Assembly (NCBI RefSeq): GCF_006345805.1 | Contig: NC_043001.1 | Coordinates: 84,630,001-84,694,000, forward strand | Length of the DNA stretch: 64,000 nt | Source of the DNA: Octopus sinensis | Taxonomy: Eukaryota | Direction of reading: 5' to 3' | Shown: positions 1 through 11,204 of the stretch, piece by piece | How positions within the stretch are numbered: position 1 is the stretch's first letter | Layout: every line of letters begins with the position of its first letter | Notes under the pieces: generated by a model | Database searches by the model: none | Told to the model about the DNA's origin: nothing | The model's input: the letters and a program-made list of their open reading frames with translations, nothing else | Made by a program: the position numbers and the translations under genes

Positions 1-447
1 GAAAAGGGCACATAAATAAATAAATACAAATCCTATTTGTAAAAGAGATGCTGATGGAAGAGGAAATAAATTAATAATAACAACAATAAAATAGTTGATA
101 AAATTCGATACTTTTGAATTGTAAATGAATTATATTAAGCCAGCAGTTAAACCATCTTGAACGTGAAATTCGTTAAGCATCGCCCAGTTGTCCATACAAT
201 AAATTACCAGTGATGTAGTGGGGATTCATGTAGTTGAATAACTCCTTCTCTCCAAATTGTTAGCCCTACGAATAAATGAGAACAATTTTAAAATTACTTC
301 TAATTAGTATCGAAGCAAATAAAATTTTCAGGGATGATTTTAAGTATCAAAATAGTCCCCACTATGCTTTCACTTTAATCTATTTCAAGAAGATTAAACA
401 TACACTAGACTCCTCCATTATTTGAATTGCGTACTATTAAGTAAGAA

Positions 448-753
448 GGAGTCACATGGCCTAGTCGTCAGAGCAGCGGACTCGCGGTCGAGGGATCGCG
501 GGTTCGAATCTCAGACCGGGTGATGTGTGTGTTTATGAGCGAAACACCTAAGCTCCACGCGGCTCCGTCAGAAGGTAATAGCGAACTTCTGACTCTTTCG
601 CCACAACTTTCTCTCACTCTTTCCTCCTGCATCTTGTAGCTCACCTGCGACGGACCAGCGTTCCATCCAGGTGGGGAGCCTATACGCCAAGGAAACCGGA
701 AAAGCAGCCCTATGAGCCAAGCGTGGCTCGAGAAGGAACAAACAAACAAAAAC
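448..753 (+). mobile_element. tRNA-derived SINE with target-site duplication
   Basis: A-box-like TGGCCTAGTCG, B-box GGTTCGAATCT, (AAAC)n tail; 9-bp TSD AAGTAAGAA at 439-447 and 754-762. Confidence 0.85.
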
Positions 754-994
754 AAGTAAGAACACAAGAACTAATCATACAACAGACCTCCCTAAATCCT
801 CATGTTACTGACAGTACCGAGGACATCAGGGACTCTGGGTATCTGGTGATACTACAAGAGTTGAAATTGGTCAGTGAGCAAAACGTGCAACATTTTCTCT
901 CCGTCACTAAACCCTTTGTTTAAGTACGGCGCTCCAGGTTTATATAGTGAAACTATGATCACTTGATGGTGATATGCTGGTTTCAAATTGGTTT

Positions 995-1593
995 CAAATT
1001 TTGGCACAAGGCCAGTAATTTCGGGGAAGGTGGTAAGCAAAATATATCGTCCTCAGAGCTCAACTGGTATTTATTTCATCGGCCCCGAAAGAATAAAAGG
1101 CAAAGTCGACCTGGGTGGAATTTGAACTCAGAACATAAAGACAGATGAAATGATGCTAAGCATTGTGCCCGGCGTGCTAACATTACTTATTTCTATATTG
1201 CCCACAAGGGGCTAAACATGGAGGAGACAAACAAGGACAAAGGGATTAAGTCGATTACATCAACCCTAGTGCGTAACTGGTACTTAATTTATCGACCCGA
1301 AAGAATGAAAGGCAAAGTCGACCTCGGCGGAATTTGATCTCAGAATGTAATGGCAGACAAAATACCTATTTCTTTACTACCCACAAGGGGCTAAACATAG
1401 AGAGAACATGCAAGGAAAGACAAACGGATTAAGTCGATTATATCGACGACAGTCCCTAACTGGTACTTATTTAATCGACCAGGAAAGGACGAACGGCAAA
1501 GTCGACCTCGGCGGAATTTGAACTCAGAACGTAACGGCAGACGAAATACGGCATTTCGCCCGGCGTGTTAACGTTTCTGCCAGCTCGCCGCCT
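995..1593 (-). mobile_element. Tandem/chimeric array of tRNA-derived SINE units (GGCGGCGAGCTGGCAGAA... family)
   Basis: Three repeats of the AAAGGCAAAGTCGACCTCGGCGGAATTTGAACTCAGAA block; head CCAGCTCGCCGCC at ~1580-1592; same family at 11230, 11834, 12087, 16130 and 42478. Confidence 0.75.
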
Positions 1594-2735
1594 TTCCACG
1601 ATGCTGATATATTGCAACAGGGAATATAAGAGAAGTTATCATCCACCACCTACTAACATATAATGCAAAAATATTACTTGGCAAGTAAGATTTCGGGTTA
1701 TTGGGGCCTTGCAAGAAAACATCATCTGCATGTGGTGCATCTAAGCTAAATTATTTCAGCTGAATCCACATCTATTCGAGATATATTGATGAGTAAAATT
1801 AAAATCAAAACATAATATAAAGTAGGACGGGTGGGGTGCCGAGGGATTCATTAGAGTGTCTGAAAAAATGCCTTGCAGATAAAATAAAATACCAATCAAA
1901 TACTACTGTTGAATGTATCGTCTATCACCTACATTCAAAATTGATGGCTTAGTACCTAAACTATAAATTGATTGCTAATCAGGAAAAGTGGGAGCTGGCA
2001 TGTTAGTGGAATCAGCAAGCGATTCATGAAAAAATATTTTTCGGTAGTTATTCCACTTTTTTACGTTCTAAGTTCAAATCCCACCGAAATTATTTTCACC
2101 TTTTAATAACAAAGGTGTCAAGAGGGCGGTAAGCTTGTAGAATCGTTAGCACGCCGGGCAAAATGCTTAATGGCATTTCGCCTGTCTTTTTGTTCTGAGT
2201 TGCATTTCCGCCTCGGGGTCCATTTCCGTCTCATTTTCCGGGGTCGATAAACTAAGTGACAGTTGATCCCTGAGGTTGGTGTAATCGACTTAAGCCCTTC
2301 CCAAAATTACTTGCTGGCCTTGTGCCAAAGTTTGGAACCAGTATAAAGAAGTCAATAATATAAAGTAGAATAATACGAATTCAAGTCCTGGAGTCAGGTA
2401 ATGGACAATCTCCCTCCCCTCAAATGTTTCTGATCTTGTGCTTACATTACTGGCCTTGTGTCAAAATTAGAAGTCATTATATACTTATAAGTAGTGTAAA
2501 TCAATCTTCTCATTGTTCATAATTGATAAACAACCCTCAGATAAACATCCATTAATGCTATATCGCCAGAAGAAATGAATGCATGAACATGGTTTACCGG
2601 ATGTCTATGGATACCATGAACAGCACTGTAATCATTCTACGAATACGGACTGTGATATTAAAAACATGTGATTTGTGGAAACGCGCGTAGGGTTGTATCA
2701 AAATATTCATCAATTCCATCCAAGGATTATTATTA

Positions 2736-2794
<59 letters not shown>

Positions 2795-3082
2795 TTATTC
2801 TACATTATATCGGCACGACTCCAAAAACTTGGTGTCGCTGGTTGGCATCATTGGGCTGTAGCCTGCATAGTAGAAAAGAAACTTTTATATGCAAATTCAA
2901 AACGTTTCCCGTAAACGAACTTAATATATATTGGCCTGTTCGCTTAGCCAGTGGGGTGGCGTCATTTGAAGGCTAAAATAATGCAAAACGCATTGTGACC
3001 AGCGATGTGTAGCAACATCTGATAGCCTGGTCGGTCACGGTGATCACGGATATATATATATATATATATATATGTATAAGGG

Positions 3083-4725
3083 TGAAATATCCCCTTCAAT
3101 CTAGCAAAAAGGATATGCACTATAGTCTCTAACGCAAACACCAGAGACACACGACTACAAGAACTAAAAGATACCCTAATCACCAGGAACTATCCACCTT
3201 CACTTATTGACAAGTGCATTCAACGTGCCCTTCAACTTAACATCAAGGACTGAGACATCCCAAATCAAAGAAAACTTACAACCAAAAGCCTTACCATACA
3301 TCTCCACACACAACCTCTCAATAACGAAGCCTTCGACACCATCCTCCACAACATACCCCTCCTAAAAAAAGACCACAGAATGAACACAATCCTCCAAACA
3401 CACACGATCATAAAAAGCAAAAGACAGCCTAGATCCATGAAAAGTCTCCTTACACAAGCCCGAATTCACTCCTCAACACAGAAGCCGACAGTAAAAAAAT
3501 GTGGAAGACCCAATTGCGGGATATGCGACTATCTAATTGAGGGATCAGAGTTCTCCTTCAAGCAGGGACAACGGTTTACAGTGAAAAGCAACTTCACATG
3601 TGCTTCGGAGAACCTAATATACTCACTAACCTGCTCCGGGTGTCAAGAGCAGTACATAGGCCAAACAAAAAATGGTTTGCGTAAACGAATGGCCCTGCAC
3701 AGATCCCAGATAAAAATTCCCCAAAACAGAAAAATAGCTTTTAGCCAACACATAGATACTTGCGCCAACAAAAAAACACCAAACTTCAGAATTTTCCCTC
3801 TCTACCAATTTAGGGACGATACAACCTCGAGACACGAATAAAGTAAAGAAAATCTCTTTATTACAAAATACAAGCCACTTCTAAACGGGTCTACGACAAA
3901 CAATTAATATACCTCAACTTTAGAATAAAAGAAAAAAATATATATACACACAAATATATACACTCCATAGAATCCCTTACTAATCAGCCCCTTCATAGCT
4001 ATACTTACACCCATTCATATTCCCTTCTCTGTTTTTTTCTTCTTCTTCTTCTTCCTCTTCTTCTTCATCATCATCATTATCATCATCATCGTCGTCATTA
4101 TCATCACACCACCATCATCACCACCATCTTCTCCTTCTCCTCCTTCTTCTTCATCATCATCATTATCATCATCATCGTCGTCATAATCATCACCACCACC
4201 ACCATCATCGTCATCTTCTCCTTCTCCTTCTCCTTCTCCTTCTTCTTCTTCTTCTTCTACTTCTCCACCCCCTACCCCTTAACTTTGTCACTAATGTTTT
4301 TTAGTATAACACCTACGCTAATTCTATAAACCTACGCTAATTCTATAAACAAGCCTGTCAATATAAATATTCTCCTGAATTGAACTGAGACTGCCAGCCG
4401 CCACTGACCATTCAAAATACGACCATCAGGGCACTCCCAGATTCACCTATCCCCCCTTCCCCACCAGCCTTCTTCCTCTACTACCCTTCCAAGAACTCAC
4501 AACGACCCCCGACACACAAGTGCAAACAAGGGAGTCAGAGAAAGGCAGAATGCCACTTAAATCTGAACACTACTATAGAAATATTCTTTTAAAAAAACTT
4601 TTCTTCTAATTTTTCTAAATTTAATTATTTAATCGTTACAGTTGAAAAGGTCTCAAAATGACCGAAACCGGTACTGAAATGTTCACTATAAAATTATTTT
4701 AGCATTTTCTATTTTTGACTTGTTT

Positions 4726-4730
<5 letters not shown>
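3083..4730 (+). mobile_element. 5'-truncated Penelope-like retroelement (RT thumb/linker, GIY-YIG endonuclease, 3' pLTR-like region)
   Basis: NIPFNLAKRICTIVS...RNYPP thumb region from ~3086; ORF 3380-3841 has CGRPNCGIC and NLIYSLTC...QYIGQT...R GIY-YIG motifs; disrupted frames; hammerhead motif at 4636-4679. Confidence 0.85.
4636..4679 (+). ncRNA. Minimal type-I hammerhead ribozyme, U3-A8 covariant core
   Basis: cag-TTGAAAA-ggtc(tcaaaat)gacc-GAAA-ccgg-TA-ctg; palindromic helix III ACCGGT; GUA triplet; lies in the Penelope 3' region. Confidence 0.65.
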
Positions 4731-4774
<44 letters not shown>

Positions 4775-4789
4775 GATAAAATTAGATAT

Positions 4790-6322
4790 GTTTCGACCAA
4801 AAATTGGTCCAGGCCATGTCTAACTTAATAGCACCACCTGATAGGATTATTCGAATCCTGTTTAAGTCAAGTTTTTGTAAGTCAAGTAGTGTTTTTTGTT
4901 GGGTGAGTTGTATCCAGTTTTTGTTCAAGTAGTGAGTTCTTGTTGGGTGAGTTGTATCCAATTATGGGTGGCTTATCTGGTATTCTTTGAAGGAATCTAT
5001 CCAGACTCTGTTTAAAGTTGATGGGATCCTTTTCCTCTTTGATCTCCCTCGGGACAATGTTAAATAGGGCAGGGCCTGTTGGGGAAAAGAAATTATGTTG
5101 CAGTGTACATGTATGTTGTGATCTTGAATTTGGCAGGGGACGTATAGCCCGTGGTCCAAGTCTTGGATGAACCTTGAAGCTAATGTTTAGGTCGTTTGGG
5201 CAAAGTTGGCGGTATATTTTCCACATCGTACAAATGATGTACCGCTCACGGCGACGCTGGAGGGAGTAAAGTTTCAAGGCTTTAAGGCGATCCCAATAAT
5301 CGAGAGCAGCCATGCCTTCAATTTGTTTAGTGAGAGCCCTCTGGGGTGACTCAATTCTGGAGTGTGTTTTGTCTTGTGTGAGGAGACCACAGTGGGCAGC
5401 AGTATTCAAGGTGTGGCCGTTCAAAGGAGGAAAAAAGTGGTATGATGACACCTTGTTCTCTGGACCGGAAAGTTCTTAAGATCCAGGAACTCATCCTACG
5501 AGCTATATCGACCTTCTTGTTGATGTGTGCACTCCAACTGAGATCGTCATCAACAATTACACCCAGGTCTCTGATATTGTTAGAGGCTGTGAGCGGTTCC
5601 CCTGAAGGAAGAGAGTATGGTTGTTTTAGTGAGGAATTTCTTCCAAAATGCATAAGCTCAAATTTTCCCTCATTCAGTTGCATTTTGTTTCTGTCTGCCC
5701 ATTGACTCACAGCATATAGATCAGACTGGAGTTGAGTTCGGTCTGCTTCATCATTGACGATTTGCTGGAGCTTAGTGTCATCAGCAAATATTTTCACTTT
5801 GCAGTAATGTACGACACTGGAAAGGTCGTTTACGTAAATTATGAAGAGTAGCGGACCCAAGACAGTTCCTTGGGGAACACCGCTGGTGACTTTTGCTGGG
5901 TTTGAGTGGACTCCATCAACTACAACATGTGTTCTATTCGCCAGGAAATACTTAATCCAGTGTAGAACTTTTCCACGGATTCCAACATTTGCCAATTTTG
6001 AGAGTAGGATGCTATGGTCTACCCTGTCGAACGCTTTACTGAAGTCAAGATATATGACGTCAGAGTTCGAACCTGTTCCCAAGGCTTTGAGTACATCTTC
6101 AATGTGGTGTAAGAGCTGTGTTAGACAGTCCCTGCCACAGCGAAAGCCATGCTGATTTGAATTTAGGAGTTTGTGGGTCTCCAGGAAGTCAGCTATCCTT
6201 GATCTTAACACTCTTTCAGACACTTTAATGATGTGGGAGGTGAGTGAGATTGGGCGATAGTTGACTGCGAGGGATCTGTTTCCCTGTTTGAAAACCGGGA
6301 TGACCGACTGGGATAGAAACAT
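4790..6322 (-). mobile_element. 5'-truncated CR1-clade LINE ORF2 (reverse transcriptase and C-terminus)
   Basis: NYRPISLTS, YLDFSKAFD, GVPQGTVLGPLLF, FADD, DLGV motifs in 5351-6322; frameshifted C-terminus WDRLKALKLYSLQRRRERY in 4882-5451. Confidence 0.9.
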
Positions 6323-6332
6323 ATATATATAT

Positions 6333-6477
6333 CATAAGGGACTAAAGCCATCTGAATATGGCTAGGGACAGGGCAGGGTGGTGGGGGTGTTACTGTTGCA
6401 TTTAGCCCAAGGAACAGTAACACCCCCACCACCCTGCCCTGTCCCTAGCCATATTCAGATGGCTTTAGTCCCTTATG
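6333..6477. repeat. Perfect inverted repeat, 65-bp arms, 15-nt loop
   Basis: CATAAGGG...TACTGTT (6333-6397) is the reverse complement of AACAGTA...CCCTTATG (6413-6477). Confidence 0.9.
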
Positions 6478-7382
6478 TTATGGAGCAGTTACTGTCTATA
6501 TCTCATTTAGAGAATTATTATATATATATATGTTTGCGTTCAAAAGTTCCTGCTTAGACCATCTTGAAAATAACAGCTGCTTGACATTTGATCCTGCTGG
6601 GCTTGTGGTTTAATCAGTGGTGTTGAAAACAAATATAACTAGCCTAGAAATGCTCAGTCTCTGCTTGTGATCTGTCTTCGTGTTATTACTCTTAACATTC
6701 AGAGGGAATTAGTCTTGAGCCTTCGGATCACGTAGCTTGAATCCAGTGTTGTATTGTTACATGATTAGGATGGACTGGGTCTGATCCCTAACAGACGTCA
6801 CCTTCAGACACGAGTCGACGATGCCATCATGTCCTGTTTTTAAGCCGTAATAAATAATTATTGAGATCAAAGGTTCAATATAATAAATTGATGTTTCTTC
6901 ATTAGTAATTATAATTACATGTTGTATAAATATAAATCATATAAATTAATAGACGGATTATAATATATTAAGGTGGTGAGCTTGTAGAATCGTGAGCGCG
7001 CCGGGCAAAAATACTTAGCACATTTTCGGTTGTCTGCACGTTCAAATTCAAGTTCCGTCGAGGTCGACTTTATCTTTCATTCTTTCGGTGTCGATAAATT
7101 GAGTACTGGGTTCGATGTCATCGACTAACACCGTCCCCTAAATTACAAGCCTTGTGCCAAAACTTAAGCCCAAAATATAATATAATTTAATATTTGATCT
7201 TATTTCTCACTTCAGACGAGAACCTCTGCTCCATTTAACTGAAATGCTACAGAAGATAGGAACAATTTACTTGATTCAATCCGAGGGATTAATTAAAATC
7301 CAGTGTCTAATTAACGTCCCTTTAACATTTTATTCAGTGGTTAATTTGTTTAGTTTTTAAATGTATTTATGTGCTTCCAAAT

Positions 7383-7433
<51 letters not shown>

Positions 7434-7494
7434 GTATATATATATATGTGTGTGTATATACATATATATACGTATATACGTGTGAGTGTTTGTG

Positions 7495-7529
<35 letters not shown>

Positions 7530-7570
7530 GTGTGTGTGAGTGTTTTTGTGTGTGTATGTGTGTACACTAC

Positions 7571-7605
<35 letters not shown>

Positions 7606-7912
7606 TGTTCACGCTCAATCAATATCTCTCCTCTTGTTTTTCATTTAAACCTGGTTACACATCCCTGTCATTATTTTCTACTGCACTCTAATGCCGTTTA
7701 GAACAGTCACACTCAACAGAGCTATCCTTAATTGCTTTGAGCAATTACACTAGCTGTATACATATATGCACACATACGTATGTGTAAATGCTTATAATTA
7801 GTGAGAATATATATGTGTGTGTATGTGTAAGTATGCATGTGCGTATGTATATATGTATGTATATACATACATATATACATGTATATCAGTGTTTTTGCAC
7901 CATTTATCTGCA

Positions 7913-7977
<65 letters not shown>

Positions 7978-8061
7978 GTAGGCAGACAAACACAGATATA
8001 TATATATATATATATATAGGCAGACAAACATATATATATATAATATATATATATATGTATG

Positions 8062-8097
<36 letters not shown>

Positions 8098-8530
8098 ATA
8101 TATATAAATACTTACATGCACACATATACATGTGTGTATGTATGTGTTTGCTGAAATTAGTAGAAAAATGTAAAAGTAAAACAAACGAAGAAATTCAAGG
8201 AAAATGAAAATAAATAAAAATAGAAAATTAAGAAAAATTGAAACAAAGAGCAAATGACAAAAACCGTACCAAGAGAATGGGACAAAAGAACCAGAGAAAC
8301 GTAAAACCAAATAATGAGAGAGAGAGAGAGGAGAGAGAGGGAGAGGGAGGGAGAGAGAGAGAGAGGGAGAGAGAATTAAAGAAAGGAAGAAAGAAAGAGA
8401 AATACGAATAAACAACGGGAGAATGACAGAAAGCAAAATGGAATCTTGATGGAGATAAAGGTGAATGGGGAGAAAGTGGGAAGAGTGGGAGTATGGAGAA
8501 ATTGAAGGATATAGTTAAGTGAGGTAAAAC

Positions 8531-8538
8531 TATATATA
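8531..8538 (+). promoter_or_regulatory. Candidate TATA box of S-crystallin gene 1
   Basis: TATATATA 82 nt upstream of the ATG in non-microsatellite context; alternatively ttttcttctcag (8581-8592) is an acceptor for an upstream non-coding exon. Confidence 0.4.
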
Positions 8539-8612
8539 TTGATCTCCTGATTAGATTCGGCCCTGAATCAACACAAGAGGTTTTCTTCTCAGACACATCA
8601 CATATCCCAACC

Positions 8613-8745
8613 ATGCCTTCCTACACTCTCCACTACTTCAACCACCGTGGCCGTGCTGAGATCTGCCGTATGCTGTTCGCAGCTGCTGGTGTCCAGTACA
8701 ATGACCGCAGGATCGAATCTTCCGAATGGAGTGGCATGCGCAGCC
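8613..8745 (+). CDS. S-crystallin gene 1 exon 1 ([44 protein letters not shown])
   Basis: ccATG start; catalytic-type Tyr8, Arg14, Trp39; donor C|gtaagt, phase 1. Confidence 0.97.
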
Positions 8746-8758
8746 GTAAGTCACATAG

Positions 8759-8814
<56 letters not shown>

Positions 8815-9028
8815 GGAGACGAGTTGGGCAGAATCGTTAATATGCCGGACAAAATGCTGAGCGGAATTTATGCCGGCTCCTTAATTCTAAGTTCCAATTC
8901 CACTTTGCTTTTCATTTCTCGGGTTCGATAAATTAAAAACAAGTTGAAGTCTGGCATTGGCGTTATCGACTAGCGCCTTCACACCAAACTTCAGACATTG
9001 TGCATGCAATGGAAAGGATCATTATAAC

Positions 9029-9059
<31 letters not shown>

Positions 9060-9634
9060 GAGTGAGAGAGCAGTGCATGCCATCAAAGTGACACTGGGGT
9101 AAAATATACGAAGCCCAATATACCCATCATGACTACCCGTCTGATAAAGGTACACCAGGCACATGCATCACAACCATATGTGCGCGACATGGTGATCTCA
9201 TATCAAGATAAACAGCACATGACCTTGCAGGTGGGGCCCAGTTAGAATTTTCTTCAGATTGAGTAGCCCATCCCGCTCAAACGGTCCCTGAATAAGGGTT
9301 GTTTAAGGATGTTGAAAGAACCACCCATGTTTCCAGAGGTGAACTATTCAAACCCCAAAGAATCCCTCTCAACACATGGCTATGATGCTCCCCCACTACT
9401 TCTGCTCGTGATCAGAGATGCACATATTGTCAGCCACGAAGGGACATGCTCAACTGGTTAAGGTCAAACAACTGACAAGCAAATCTGTGGTATTGAGCAG
9501 AATATTTGCTGTAGCCCATCTTTTATACCAAGACAAAACAATGTACATGATAACACTTCCAATCAGTTAAGATCAGAAGCCATGAGAGCCACTGCCTGGT
9601 ACTGCATCAGGCATACCTGGTACTGCATCAGGGA

Positions 9635-9677
<43 letters not shown>

Positions 9678-10941
9678 GTTATTATTATTATTAAAGTCGG
9701 CGATCTAGCAGAATCGTTAGAGCAAGCTGTTCCGTTGATCGTATCAGTTGGGACCCTCGTCGTCGTAACCGATAGAGTGCTCCTACTTACTACGTTCAAA
9801 TTTCGCTGAGGTCAGCTTTACCCCTGATCCTTTTGATGTCGATGAAATAAGTACAAGTTGTGCACTGGGGTCGATGAAATCGATAAGTCCCGTCCTTCAA
9901 AATACTAGACCTTGTGACAATAGCAGAAACGTTAAATAATTCTGTAATCATTATACGGGTAAAATGTTATAATCTCCGGTATTTATCATATATGTTTGCT
10001 CGTATTTTTGAAAATCATACCTGGTGGTCTCCATCTTTTTGAAATTGATTTTATTGTCGCACTAGACATTCTGATAATTTCGTTTAGAAGATCATTGTAC
10101 TTTGCCAAACTATCCACCTCCTTTCGAGATGTATATCGGTTTTCAGACATTTTCATTCCACTTCTTGATTATTAAATTTAAAAGCTTTCTTCTTGAGTAC
10201 TCTTTTACTTGTTTCAGTCATGTGACTGTGGCCATGCTGGGGCACCGCCTTTAGTCGAGCAAATCGACCCCAGGACTTATTCTTTGTAAACCTAGTACTT
10301 ATTCTGTCGGTCTCTTTTGCAGAACCACTAAGTTACGGGGACGTAAACACATCAGCATCGGGTGTCAAGCGATGCTGGGGGACAAACACAGACACACAAA
10401 CATATACACACACATACATATATATATGTATACATATATATACGACGGGCTTCTTTCAGTTTCCGTCTGCCAAATCCACTCACAAGGCTTTGGTCGGCAC
10501 GATGCTATAGTAGAAGACCCAAGGTGCCACGCAGTGGGACTGAACCCGGAACTATGTGGTTCGTAAGCAAGCTACTTACCACACAGCCACTATGTACATT
10601 TAAGTTATTTTCCGGAGAACATCCTTTCAGTGTCGATAGAATAAGTACCGGTTGAAGATTGGGGTCGATGTAACCGACTTACTCCCTCCCCTGAACTTGC
10701 TGCCCTATTATTATTATTATTATTAATATTATTATTATTAACGCGGTGACCTGTCAGAATCGTTAGTACGCCTGTCAAAATGCTTGGCGGCAACGTTGTG
10801 AGTTCAAATGCCGCAAATGTTGATTTTGGCTTTCATCCTTTTGGGTCGATAAAAATTAGTACCTGTTGATTACTTGGGTCGATGTAATTGACTTACCCTA
10901 TGCCGAAATTGCTGGCCTTATACATAAATTTAAAATCATTA

Positions 10942-10995
<54 letters not shown>

Positions 10996-11167
10996 CATTA
11001 TTGTTGTTGTTGTTGTTGTTGTTGGTTTTGTTGTTGTTGTTGTCATCGTCGTCGTTGTTGCTGTTGTTAGTATTAGTGGTGGTGGTAGTATCAATCATTA
11101 TTAGAGCATCGGAACAATATTTCTAGTATTTTTTCAGGCTATTTAACTCCAAATTCCACTGAGGGCA

Positions 11168-11204
<37 letters not shown>

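Noticed and set aside
448-525. tRNA gene
   Set aside because: A and B boxes continue into a SINE body with tail and TSD; no complete cloverleaf or T-run terminator
995-1593. Regularly spaced repeats resembling a CRISPR array
   Set aside because: Eukaryotic SINE multimers; the intervening sequences are themselves repeats and there are no cas genes
7350-8207. Many long ORFs of YIYI, THTH, LSLS or poly-I/L/N type here and throughout the window
   Set aside because: Translations of (AT)n, (AC)n, (CT)n, (ATCT)n and (ATT)n microsatellites that lack stops by construction
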